A stretch of DNA of 37,969 nucleotides, taken from NCBI GenBank assembly GCA_015661795.1, contig DQVJ01000104.1, forward strand, positions 1-37,969, read 5' to 3'. Below the pieces are notes generated by a model. It did not search any database. It was not told the DNA's origin and worked only from the letters and a program-made list of their open reading frames with translations. Shown piece by piece: positions 28,948 through 37,969 of the stretch. The position numbers were made by a program, and so were the translations under genes. This DNA is from Sulfurovum sp. Its GTDB lineage: Bacteria > Campylobacterota > Campylobacteria > Campylobacterales > Sulfurovaceae. Positions within the stretch are counted from its first letter, which is position 1. Every line of letters starts with the position of its first letter.

Positions 28948-29827
28948 CTATTCTCTTTGTACTTGTAGAACCTTCATTAAATACAAGTCTATGAGCACAG
29001 ACAAAAGGTGTGACCATCTGTACGTCATCGGGTGTAGCGTAGTCCCTACCTTGTAACATAGCCCATGACTTTACCATAGCCACAAGTGACAAGGCACCAC
29101 GAGTTGAAAGTCCATATTCAAACTTACCAGATTCACGCGTAAAAGCAATAATCTCTTGTAAAAAGTCTAAAAGTACCTCAGAGAGTTTTACTTCTGAAGC
29201 TTTGTGCATAATAGCTTCTATTTCTGAGAGGTTAAACATAGTTGGGGTTTTGGTATCAATTTTCTTCCCTACAAGGATATCACGTTCCGAACTTTTATCA
29301 GGGTATCCAATACCAAAAGAACACATAAAACGGTCTAGTTGCGAGTTAGGCAGAGGAAAAGTCCCTACTTCCTCATGTGGGTTTTGTGTCCCAATGACAA
29401 AAAAGGGTTTAGGAAGCGTATAGGCCACAGCATCTATAGTCACTACCCCTTCTTCCATAGCTTGGAGTAGGGCAGACTGTGTTTTTGGCATGGAACGGTT
29501 GATCTCGTCTGCGAGCAAAAAAGAGCTAAAGACAGGGCCTTTTCTAAAAACAAATGCACCATCTTTCTGGTTGTAGTAGTTGATACCTAGTATATCTGAG
29601 GGTAGCATATCTGAAGTAAACTGTATACGTCCAAAATCTAAACCAAGTACTTGTGAGAGCTGTTTAGCCAAAGTCGTTTTACCTACCCCTGGTATATCTT
29701 CTAGCAGTAGGTGACCACCAGCAAAAAACGTAGCCAAAGAGAGTGCTATGGTTTCTCTTTTCCCTATGAGGTGCTTTTCTATAGTATCGATGATGGGTGT
29801 AAATTCTGGGGATATTGTGTAAATCAT
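28910..29827 (-). CDS. MoxR-family AAA+ ATPase
   Basis: EDIPGVGKT, RIQFTSDMLPSD, LADEINR, QLDRF. Confidence 0.9.
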   Translation of the reverse strand: MIYTISPEFTPIIDTIEKHLIGKRETIALSLATFFAGGHLLLEDIPGVGKTTLAKQLSQVLGLDFGRIQFTSDMLPSDILGINYYNQKDGAFVFRKGPVFSSFLLADEINRSMPKTQSALLQAMEEGVVTIDAVAYTLPKPFFVIGTQNPHEEVGTFPLPNSQLDRFMCSFGIGYPDKSSERDILVGKKIDTKTPTMFNLSEIEAIMHKASEVKLSEVLLDFLQEIIAFTRESGKFEYGLSTRGALSLVAMVKSWAMLQGRDYATPDDVQMVTPFVCAHRLVFNEGSTSTKRIDVEIFTHIHPDT

Positions 29828-29969
29828 GTGTTAGTGTATCAAAAGTTTTATGTAATGTTTATCATTAATGAAATAAATTTTTATTTTTTCATATTAACGC
29901 ATTTTAGACATAATAGAGACTATATATAATAATCAAATTTCAAATATATTCATAATTTTACTAAACTAA

Positions 29970-30000
29970 CTTGACACAAAGAGACTCAATGTTGTATAAT
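29970..30000 (+). promoter_or_regulatory. clpB sigma70 promoter with overlapping HspR (HAIR)-like operator
   Basis: TTGACA (29971-76), 18 bp, TATAAT (29995-30000). CTTGACA-N7-ACTCAAT (29970-29990) versus HAIR consensus CTTGAGT-N7-ACTCAAG. Confidence 0.7.
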
Positions 30001-30034
30001 ATCCCTAGAAATTGACAAAAGAAGGAGATATACC

Positions 30035-32608
30035 ATGAATATCTTAGAAAAATTAACCAACCAAATGCAAGGCACCATCGAATCTGGAGTATCTTTAGCA
30101 TTACATAATAAAAACCAAGAAGTAGAACCAGTACATTTACTTTGGGCATTACTAACTAACAGTGGAAGTATATTACACCAAGCACTCAACAAAATGAATG
30201 TAGACAAAGCTGCCATAGAACTAGAGACTAAAAGTATAGCAAATAAACTACCTACTGTATCAACCGTAACAAAAGAGAGCATCAAACTTGGGCAAAATCT
30301 AGTAAGAACACTTCAAAATGCTGAAGGGGTCATGACAACTAACGGTGACCAATACTTAGCAGTAGATGCGTGGCTGTTAGCCAATGCAAATGAGAGTTTT
30401 ATCAAAGATACTATAGGTAAATATGTTGATATCTCAGAATTCCAAAAGACTTTAGAGAGTATCCGAGGAGGCAAGCAGATAGACTCTCAATCGGGTGATG
30501 AAACGCTTGAAGCTTTGGCACAATATGCCGATGACCTAAACCAAAAAGCACTTGATGGTAAGCTTGACCCTGTCATAGGACGGGATGAAGAGGTGCAACG
30601 TATGATGCAAATTCTCATACGTAAAACTAAAAACAATCCCATACTCATCGGTGAACCAGGAACAGGTAAAACAGCCATAGTTGAAGGACTTGCACAACGT
30701 ATCGTAAATAAAGAAGTACCTTTGAGCCTTCAAAATATGCGTGTTATGAGCCTAGATATGAATAGACTCATCGCTGGAGCAAAATATAGAGGTGAATTTG
30801 AAGACAGACTCAAAGCTGTCATTGACGAAGTCAAAGAGTCGGCAAATATTATCTTGTTTATAGATGAAATTCATACTATTGTCGGTGCTGGCGCATCTGA
30901 AGGTGGTAATGATGCAGCAAACATCTTAAAACCGGCACTTGCACGTGGAGAGTTACATACTATTGGTGCAACGACACTTAAAGAGTATAGAAAATATTTT
31001 GAGAAAGATACCGCACTTCAACGTCGTTTTCAGCCTGTAAAAGTAGATGAGCCTAGTATCAATGAAGCGTTACAAATCCTAAGAGGAATTAAAGATAAAT
31101 TAGAGGCTCACCACAATGTTAACATCACAGATGCTGCACTCATCGCTGCTGCGAAGTTGTCTGACAGATACATTACAGATAGATTTCTGCCAGATAAAGC
31201 GATAGATCTTATAGATGAGGCAGCAGCAGAACTTAAGATGCAAATTGAGTCTGAGCCTACAGATTTGGCTAAAGCAAAACGTGAGATTAGTACACTTCAA
31301 GTAGAACGAGAAGCATTGAAGATGGATGTAACAGAAAAGAACACTTCACGTTTAGAAGAGATAGAAAAAGAGTTAGCGGATTTAGAAGAAAAACGTGTAG
31401 CATTACAAAGTCAGTTTGACAATGAAAAGAATGTCTTTAATGCCATTGCAGAAGTTAAGTCCGCCATAGACTCACTTAAAACACAAGCAGAACTTGTTAA
31501 ACGTGAAGGTGACTTCAATAAAGCTGCAGAGATTGAGTATGGACAAATACCAGCTGAAGAAGCAAAACTAGCCCAGATTGAAAACCAATGGACTGAAATG
31601 ATGAAAAATGGCACCTTGCTCAAAAACTCAGTTGATGAAGAGATGATTGCAAGTATCGTTAGCCGTTGGACAGGTATTTCTGTGTCTAAAATGCTGCAAG
31701 GTGAAAAAGAGAAAATCTTAGCCATTGAAAGCATCTTACGTGAAGAGGTTGTCGGACAAGATGAGGCACTTAAAGCTGTGGCTCGTGCAATAAAACGTAA
31801 CAAAGCAGGGCTTAGTGACACCAACAGACCAATAGGAAGCTTCATGTTCTTAGGCCCTACAGGTGTAGGTAAAACGCAAGTTGCCAAAACATTGGCGAAG
31901 TTCTTGTTTGACACAGAAAAGGCACTGATTCGCATCGATATGTCTGAGTACATGGAGAAGCATGCAGCCTCACGTTTAGTAGGAGCTCCTCCAGGATATG
32001 TAGGGTATGATGAAGGTGGACAACTCACAGAAGCAGTACGTCGTAAGCCATACTCTGTAGTACTCTTTGATGAGATAGAAAAAGCACATCCTGATGTGTT
32101 TAACACACTCCTGCAAGTACTTGATGATGGACGCTTGACAGACAACAAAGGAGTAACAGTAGACTTTAAAAATACCATTATTATCATGACTTCTAACATC
32201 GCGTCAGATAAAATTATGGAGATTACGGATAAAGAAGAGCGTAGGGTAGCAGTAAATGATGAACTCAAACGAAATTTCAAGCCAGAGTTCTTAAACCGAT
32301 TGGATGAACAAGTTATTTTTAACCCACTAGATTTAGCGGCTATTACACGCATTGTTGATATCTTATTTAAAGATATTCAGAAAAAATTGGCTGAACGTGA
32401 CATCACTATAAGCCTAACAGATAATGCTAAAGCTTACATAGCCGAAGCAGGATTTGACCCAGTGTATGGTGCAAGACCATTGAAACGTGCATTGTATGAA
32501 GTGGTAGAAGACCGGCTTGCAGAGCTTATCTTAGAAGACAAGGTAGTAGAGGGGTCATCTGTGAGTTTTGATGTTATAAATGGAGAGATTCAAATTGATA
32601 TTTCATAA
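30035..32608 (+). CDS. clpB: Chaperone ClpB
   Basis: Two AAA modules ([16 protein letters not shown]), coiled-coil M domain, GYVGY loop; 857 aa. Confidence 0.96.
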   Translation: MNILEKLTNQMQGTIESGVSLALHNKNQEVEPVHLLWALLTNSGSILHQALNKMNVDKAAIELETKSIANKLPTVSTVTKESIKLGQNLVRTLQNAEGVMTTNGDQYLAVDAWLLANANESFIKDTIGKYVDISEFQKTLESIRGGKQIDSQSGDETLEALAQYADDLNQKALDGKLDPVIGRDEEVQRMMQILIRKTKNNPILIGEPGTGKTAIVEGLAQRIVNKEVPLSLQNMRVMSLDMNRLIAGAKYRGEFEDRLKAVIDEVKESANIILFIDEIHTIVGAGASEGGNDAANILKPALARGELHTIGATTLKEYRKYFEKDTALQRRFQPVKVDEPSINEALQILRGIKDKLEAHHNVNITDAALIAAAKLSDRYITDRFLPDKAIDLIDEAAAELKMQIESEPTDLAKAKREISTLQVEREALKMDVTEKNTSRLEEIEKELADLEEKRVALQSQFDNEKNVFNAIAEVKSAIDSLKTQAELVKREGDFNKAAEIEYGQIPAEEAKLAQIENQWTEMMKNGTLLKNSVDEEMIASIVSRWTGISVSKMLQGEKEKILAIESILREEVVGQDEALKAVARAIKRNKAGLSDTNRPIGSFMFLGPTGVGKTQVAKTLAKFLFDTEKALIRIDMSEYMEKHAASRLVGAPPGYVGYDEGGQLTEAVRRKPYSVVLFDEIEKAHPDVFNTLLQVLDDGRLTDNKGVTVDFKNTIIIMTSNIASDKIMEITDKEERRVAVNDELKRNFKPEFLNRLDEQVIFNPLDLAAITRIVDILFKDIQKKLAERDITISLTDNAKAYIAEAGFDPVYGARPLKRALYEVVEDRLAELILEDKVVEGSSVSFDVINGEIQIDIS

Positions 32609-32612
32609 AAAG

Positions 32613-32637
32613 GTGTCACACGAATACTGTGTGACAC
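32613..32637. terminator. Hairpin between convergent clpB and the small ORF (likely bidirectional terminator)
   Basis: GTGTCACAC-GAATACT-GTGTGACAC, perfect 9-bp stem. Confidence 0.55.
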
Positions 32638-32664
32638 ACAAGGGAGTATAAGGGAAATAAGTAT

Positions 32665-32832
32665 TTATTTTCCCTCTGCACCTGCTTCTTCTGTAGTACC
32701 ATTTGTGTCACCTTCTGTTGGTGCTGGTGCTTGAGTTTCAAGTGCTGACATCGTTGTAGGTGCTTGTCCGTTTGCTTGTATAGCAACTGTTGCCATCGCC
32801 ATTGAAGCGATTAAAATCATCATTTTTTTCAT
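32665..32832 (-). CDS. 55-aa secreted acidic low-complexity peptide (below the ORF-track size cutoff)
   Basis: AAGGA SD; MKKMMILIASMAMATVAIQA-NGQAPTTMSALETQAPAPTEGDTNGTTEEAGAEGK*. Confidence 0.7.
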   Translation of the reverse strand: MKKMMILIASMAMATVAIQANGQAPTTMSALETQAPAPTEGDTNGTTEEAGAEGK

Positions 32833-33009
32833 TCTATTTCCTTTTTAGTAGGTAAAAACCTTTTTTGTCGAATATTGTATTCGAACAAGTAAAGTATAAT
32901 GCATAAGTGTGACTCAAATCTTACTTTAAAATTACCAAAGTATTAACTCAGATTTTACATTATTCAAAAATTAAACTATACTAGTCAGTAAACAAATGTA
33001 GGAGAAGCT

Positions 33010-33582
33010 ATGATTCCTTTTAATTATCTTGGATGGTTTTTTAAAACATTTGGTTCGATTATCTATCCAAAAGTTGTTCGCGAAGAACTTTGTAAGTTTT
33101 TAAAAAATGTTCCAAGACAAGCTAAAATTTTAGATCTTGGTGCAGGTACAGGTATGATGAGTGAATTTTCCCATACATGTAGAGATGATCTTTATTTCAT
33201 GGCTGTAGACCCAGCAAAGGATATGCTAAAATATGCTTTGCCATATATAAAAACACAAGTCGCATCTGCTGAAGATATCCCTTTTGAAGAGAGAAGTTTT
33301 GATGTCGTTTTGATGGGTGAATCTTTACATCATTTTAATAACATAGACCAGGCACTAAAAGAAATTGTCCGTGTCTTAAAAAAAGAGGGAAAAATATTTA
33401 TTTATGATTTTGATGTAAGTACATTTTTAGGTAAAAGTATTTGTCGGGGTGAAAAACTATTAGGTGAACCTGGTCATTTCTTTGTACCCGAAATTTTAAA
33501 AAATAAACTTGAAGATTATGGTTTTACAGCAGTGATAAGTAAACATAGCTGGCGATATACTATCGTAGCTAAACTATCATAA
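33010..33582 (+). CDS. Class I SAM-dependent methyltransferase
   Basis: ILDLGAGTG, AEDIPF..SFD, RVLKKEG. Confidence 0.85.
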   Translation: MIPFNYLGWFFKTFGSIIYPKVVREELCKFLKNVPRQAKILDLGAGTGMMSEFSHTCRDDLYFMAVDPAKDMLKYALPYIKTQVASAEDIPFEERSFDVVLMGESLHHFNNIDQALKEIVRVLKKEGKIFIYDFDVSTFLGKSICRGEKLLGEPGHFFVPEILKNKLEDYGFTAVISKHSWRYTIVAKLS

Positions 33583-33618
33583 CTTCCAGAAGAATACAAA
33601 AGTATTCCCTGAAAAATG

Positions 33619-33861
33619 CTAATATCTATAACCTCGTTCTCTGTCTTTTCTGTCTTCATTACCACCTATTGCTGCACCAGCAATAGCACCAACACCGGCA
33701 CCTATAACAGTGGCACCTGTATTACCCCCTATAGCCTGTCCGATGAGTGCACCAGAACCTGCACCAACAAGTGCACCAGTTTCAGCTTTTGTAGCACATC
33801 CAGTTAAAGCAATCATACCTGCAGTTGTAACTGCAGCCAATATTAAATTAAGTTTTTTCAT
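33619..33861 (-). CDS. Glycine-zipper lipoprotein
   Basis: Probable start 33861 (GGAG SD); lipobox LTGC; GxxxG repeats. Confidence 0.8.
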   Translation of the reverse strand: MKKLNLILAAVTTAGMIALTGCATKAETGALVGAGSGALIGQAIGGNTGATVIGAGVGAIAGAAIGGNEDRKDRERGYRY

Positions 33862-33983
33862 TTTACACTCCATATTTTTTATAATTTATTATAACATAAA
33901 TTATTCACTCCATTTAAGAATAACTTTAACCTAACTATGCAAGAATTAACCAGAATAATATATAACTAAGGAGTCTTATCGAT

Positions 33984-34577
33984 ATGAAAAATATAAAAAC
34001 ATCCATACTTACATCACTTATAATTGTGTCCTTATCAAACTTTTCAACTGCTGATGATGTTGTTGAAACCTTACAGGAGGCTATTAAATCATATGAAAAT
34101 GCAGAATATAGCTTAGCTGTTGAAGATATCAATTATGCATTACAACTGATACAGCAAAAAAAAGGTCAAGGTCTGGAAAGTTACCTACCTGAGCCATTAC
34201 CAGGCTGGAATGCCAAAAAAGCAAAGTCACAAACTGCCGGAGCAGGAATGATGGGAGGAGGTATCATAACTTCACGCAAATATACAAAAGAATCCTCCAA
34301 AGTAGAAATAGAGATTATTACAGATTCACCAATGATGCAAGGGATGATGGGTATTTTTACCAACCCTATGTTTGCAACTGCTGATGGCGGTAAACTTGAA
34401 CGTATCAATAGAGAAAAAGCCATTGTCAAATATGATGAAGAAAAAGAAAAAGGTGAAATATCCCTTGCAATAGGCAAACGTTTTTTTATAAAAGTGGAAG
34501 GTCAAAAGGTGAAATTAGATGAACTCAAAGCATATGCCAAATCTATTGATTTTAGGAAATTAAAGAAACTTCCATAG
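33984..34577 (+). CDS. Exported hypothetical protein
   Basis: AAGGAG SD, signal peptide, helical N-terminal region, LPEPLPGW. Confidence 0.7.
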   Translation: MKNIKTSILTSLIIVSLSNFSTADDVVETLQEAIKSYENAEYSLAVEDINYALQLIQQKKGQGLESYLPEPLPGWNAKKAKSQTAGAGMMGGGIITSRKYTKESSKVEIEIITDSPMMQGMMGIFTNPMFATADGGKLERINREKAIVKYDEEKEKGEISLAIGKRFFIKVEGQKVKLDELKAYAKSIDFRKLKKLP

Positions 34578-34807
34578 ATACATAGTACGTTTAGTATAAA
34601 GATTACTTGATATATTTGAAGGTATCTTAGATAGTGATATATGACTATTGGGAAGTTCATTGGTATCTGAACTATATTTTTTAAAAAAGGAGGAAGAATA
34701 AAAAAAAGCCTCACTACCTAAGATAGGGTCAAAGTATATCTAAATAAGATAAAATTAGTCTTAATTAGTAAAATTATAATTTTAATTTTACTAAGTTATA
34801 GTTAACT

Positions 34808-35149
34808 TTAACACACAAGCCAATTCTCCATTTTAAAAATATCTTCTGTTGCAGGCATAGCTTTCCATCCATTAGATTCTAAATACATCATTTTATTTCC
34901 AAAATATCCAACAATATACTTCTCTTTGTAAATGGGAAAAGTACCTGAACACAACATAGCAAAGATTTCATTATAAGATTTTGCGGTGTCATAATAAGAA
35001 AAATCAAAGCTATGTAAAGCAATGATTGCACTATGCAGTATTTCATTTTTATGCATAGTCATACTTAGGAGATAATAAGAAGGGTATGAGACCGAAGGGT
35101 TCTCAAGTAGTTCTGAAATATAAAGTCGTTCTTTTTTCTTTTGATACAT
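34808..35149 (-). CDS. Hypothetical protein (start uncertain)
   Basis: 113-aa ORF co-oriented with upstream genes; no SD at normal spacing from the ATG. Confidence 0.45.
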   Translation of the reverse strand: MYQKKKERLYISELLENPSVSYPSYYLLSMTMHKNEILHSAIIALHSFDFSYYDTAKSYNEIFAMLCSGTFPIYKEKYIVGYFGNKMMYLESNGWKAMPATEDIFKMENWLVC

Positions 35150-35208
35150 GTTTGTATGATAAGATACTATGGAAGTAATCCTCTAAAATAATGTCAAATT
35201 GTCATACT

Positions 35209-35556
35209 TTATTCTTCTATCTCTTCTTTAGTATCTTTCAATACATAAATAAAGGTATCTACATCCAGTTCATCATAGCGTTCGACACATACTTCTGTAC
35301 GTACGAACTCATCACCTTCAAAAGCATCCAAGTATTCCCAATTGTTCTGCAAATTATGTGAGTAAAATAAATATCCATGAACAGTGTCAGATTCAGGGAT
35401 TAATTTAATCCCAGGATAGCCCATAGAAGCAGACCATCCCGCACCTATAAGTTCACCCTTTACTGTAGCAGGTACAAATTTTCCAGTAATATTCTCTAAG
35501 ATATGTCCATTGGGGCAATTAGGCATAAGTGTACCATAGACAAAAAGTGTGTCCAT
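35209..35556 (-). CDS. Gamma-glutamylcyclotransferase (AIG2/YtfP-like)
   Basis: LFVYGTL, GYPG, LDAFEG. Confidence 0.85.
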   Translation of the reverse strand: MDTLFVYGTLMPNCPNGHILENITGKFVPATVKGELIGAGWSASMGYPGIKLIPESDTVHGYLFYSHNLQNNWEYLDAFEGDEFVRTEVCVERYDELDVDTFIYVLKDTKEEIEE

Positions 35557-35613
35557 ATAGTCTATCCTCTATTTTTAAAAGGATTTTAGCATTATTTTTT
35601 TAAACCTAAGAGG

Positions 35614-37482
35614 CTACCATGAGCCCCCACCACCACCTCCGCCTCCACCGCCAGAAAAGCCACCGCCTCCTGAAAATCCACTACCACCACTATTTTGAGA
35701 TGGTGGGGTAGCAGCTGCATCTACTGAAGAAGAAAAATGTTCCATGTTAGAAATGTTTCCATGGTACCAAAGTGGGGTTTTTACATGAAGTACATCATAA
35801 AAAGAGAGCCAATGTTTAGTCTCTTTAAAAAGAACAGCATAAGGTAAAAGTTTTTCTAAATAAAGTGGGTCTTCTTCTAATCTTCGCTTCACTTCATCTT
35901 CTTTTACACGTGCAATAAACTCTTTTAACCCTAAAAGGTGTTTGGATGCATACGCACCTTTAGGGGTGAATTTACCCATATGTTTGTAAGTATATACAAA
36001 AGCTAAAATCAAAATGACAAATACACCCATAGGACCAAATATAAATTCTTGAAGATTAAGACCATTTTCTTGAATCATAAATAAAGGGACCATTCCTGCT
36101 GTTGCGAACAATACACCCTGTAATTTTGCCAACCAACTTTTTTGAGATAGCAGGATACCTATACCCACCCCACCAAAAATGATAGGGAAAATAAGTAAAA
36201 ATATTGTATCCGTGCCAAACTTCTTATAAAGACTGTGAACTACCAATCCTAAGATGGGTAAAAGTAACAAAATACTTTTCCATAAAAAGTTTTTACGTAC
36301 TCTTTGTGGGTTTTCAGACATATATCCGTTAGAAACAGACCAAGTGTAAAGTTTATCATTAATATAACGAAACCCATCTTTTAAGATTAGTGCTTTTGAG
36401 CTTGACCCAGATGACATTACAAAATTGTTTTTCCCCTTAAATAGTATCTGTTCGAGTAAATACTTTTGATCCAGCGTTAACATACTAGTATCTGCATTTT
36501 TACGCAATAAAACAGGATCAGATTTTTTATCTTTTTGTTCTATCTCTAGATGTCCCAAATATCCCAGTTCAAGTACTGCAGCTGCAAAATCTTCATTATC
36601 TGCAAATTTATCTAAAAGTAATCCAGATTGTAATAGTGTTAAATCTTTGGGTGCTTCATACTGGACAGCAACAGAACGTCTGTCTACAAAACCCGCATGT
36701 TTTTTAAATATATCACGAAAATAGAGTAAAAATCCAATAAGTGCTCCCCAGTGCCAGTACTCTAAAAACAAGTCTAGTAAAGATGCTTTGACATTTTCTT
36801 TACCACTTTGTTCTAAGAGTCCTGAAGGGTAGGCTAATTCAACGGTTGCACCTTCATGTGGCTTAAGTTTATCTATTTTTACTTGTAAATGTTGTGGGTT
36901 AACCCATAGTGACAACGCTTTTGAACTCTTTTCACCATACTTCCCAGTATAGGTAGAAAGGTCAACATTGTTTTGATGTAAAGAAGAAGGTAAGAAGAAG
37001 TTTGCCCTAATATTTTCAATAGGCACTTGCCAACCTGTCCCTATAATATTCCAACGTATAGCATCATTATCTTCATTTTGAGAAGAGGGAAGTACACCTA
37101 TTTTAACTCGATAAGTGATGGTATATAGGTGTTTACCGGTAACATATGTAGTAGCATCTCCTATCTTTAAACGTATGATATCTCCTGCATGTGAAGATTT
37201 CATAGTGGACTTTTCCCATTTCACACTACCAGTATCCATTTGAACAGAAAAATCATACAACGCTAAATCTTTAACCCGATTGTTCTTTTTGATTGTATAA
37301 GGGATATCTCTATATATACCATGTTTACTGTTGCTTTCAAAATCATATTTTATAGATTCAGTAATAGAAATTTCTCCACTTTTTTCGATATTTACATCTA
37401 TTTGATAGTCTGATATTTTTTCTGCATAAAGAAAGTTCCATAAGCTTATTAGAAATAGGGAATATAGTAGTAAATTTTTCAT
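35614..37482 (-). CDS. DUF2207-domain membrane protein
   Basis: HGIYRDIP, WNIIGTGW, LPYAVLF and a Gly-rich GGGGSW tail; follows lemA. Confidence 0.85.
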   Translation of the reverse strand: MKNLLLYSLFLISLWNFLYAEKISDYQIDVNIEKSGEISITESIKYDFESNSKHGIYRDIPYTIKKNNRVKDLALYDFSVQMDTGSVKWEKSTMKSSHAGDIIRLKIGDATTYVTGKHLYTITYRVKIGVLPSSQNEDNDAIRWNIIGTGWQVPIENIRANFFLPSSLHQNNVDLSTYTGKYGEKSSKALSLWVNPQHLQVKIDKLKPHEGATVELAYPSGLLEQSGKENVKASLLDLFLEYWHWGALIGFLLYFRDIFKKHAGFVDRRSVAVQYEAPKDLTLLQSGLLLDKFADNEDFAAAVLELGYLGHLEIEQKDKKSDPVLLRKNADTSMLTLDQKYLLEQILFKGKNNFVMSSGSSSKALILKDGFRYINDKLYTWSVSNGYMSENPQRVRKNFLWKSILLLLPILGLVVHSLYKKFGTDTIFLLIFPIIFGGVGIGILLSQKSWLAKLQGVLFATAGMVPLFMIQENGLNLQEFIFGPMGVFVILILAFVYTYKHMGKFTPKGAYASKHLLGLKEFIARVKEDEVKRRLEEDPLYLEKLLPYAVLFKETKHWLSFYDVLHVKTPLWYHGNISNMEHFSSSVDAAATPPSQNSGGSGFSGGGGFSGGGGGGGGGGSW

Positions 37483-37485
37483 TGA

Positions 37486-37969
37486 TCAGAGGTCTATTTT
37501 AGGCATCTTTTTTACTGCTTCAGTTTCACTTGCATCAAGCTCAAAATACTCACGCCCAGTAAAATTAAACTTTTGTGCTATAAAAAGGTCTGGAAATGAC
37601 TCTAATTTCGCATTATAGTCTCTGACAATAGCATTGTAATAACGTCTCGCATTTTGTATAGCATCCTCAAGGTTTGAGAGTTCATCTTGAAGTTTTAGGA
37701 AGTTTGTGTTTGCTTTTAAATCAGGGTAAGCTTCTGCTAAGGCAAAAAGTTTACCTAAAGCCCCAGACATCATAGTTGCTGCTGCTGCTTTCTCATCTAG
37801 AGAACCTGCCGAAAGTCCTTGCTGGCGAGCTTGAATGACTTTTTCAAGTGTCTCAGCCTCATACTCCTTATATCCTCTAACTGTATCTACCAATGCCGGT
37901 ATAAGATCGTAACGGCGTTTCAGCTGTACATCTATATCTGACCATGCAGCGTCTATGCCTGCCCTTAAT
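37486..37969 (-). CDS. lemA: LemA-family protein (N-terminus beyond the right edge)
   Basis: WSDIDVQLKRRYDLIP, EAYPDLKA, ARRYYN; the frame stays open to the window edge. Confidence 0.9.
   Translation of the reverse strand, partial: LRAGIDAAWSDIDVQLKRRYDLIPALVDTVRGYKEYEAETLEKVIQARQQGLSAGSLDEKAAAATMMSGALGKLFALAEAYPDLKANTNFLKLQDELSNLEDAIQNARRYYNAIVRDYNAKLESFPDLFIAQKFNFTGREYFELDASETEAVKKMPKIDL

Noticed and set aside
29953-29964. TAATTTTACTAA shared with 34783-34794
   Set aside because: Almost purely AT 12-mer in AT-rich intergenic DNA; a chance match is likely.
31411-32352. 313-aa minus-strand ORF
   Set aside because: Antisense shadow of clpB, with no recognisable motif.
35617-35695. GC-rich repeat or phase-variable tract
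   Set aside because: Encodes the normal Gly-rich DUF2207 tail; no long homopolymer.
1-37969. CRISPR arrays, tRNA/rRNA, IS elements, integrases
   Set aside because: No repeat-spacer pattern, cloverleaf or transposase motif recognised by eye; intergenic gaps are short.

Overview
Gene-dense, AT-rich chromosomal window, most likely from a Sulfurovum-like Campylobacterota, judged from gene content and the conserved clpB / ctpA-purC-purS-purQ-(Cj0515-like)-plsC-crcB arrangement. It has four blocks. (1) 1-5833: heavy-metal efflux cluster with czcCBA-like genes behind a small His/Cys-rich leader ORF ending in RPP, a decayed czcD/CDF pseudogene and an SO_0444-type permease. (2) 5889-20684: accessory stress/metabolism block with a LOG-family protein, pfkA, PsiE, P2-type ATPase, orphan lipoamide-dehydrogenase-like enzyme, tandem USP, CobB, beta-CASP nuclease, amrS plus fused amrB-amrA, and ppsA. 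(3) 20699-32608: core genes with a MoxR-DUF58-transglutaminase cassette. (4) 32665-end: small envelope genes, GGCT, DUF2207 and lemA. The best candidate for an undescribed system is a putative metal-sensing ribosome-arrest leader upstream of the czcCBA-like operon: an anti-SD directly follows its stop codon and can pair with the SD of the TolC gene. I saw no tRNA, rRNA, CRISPR array or transposase. All product calls come from motif recognition, not database searches.
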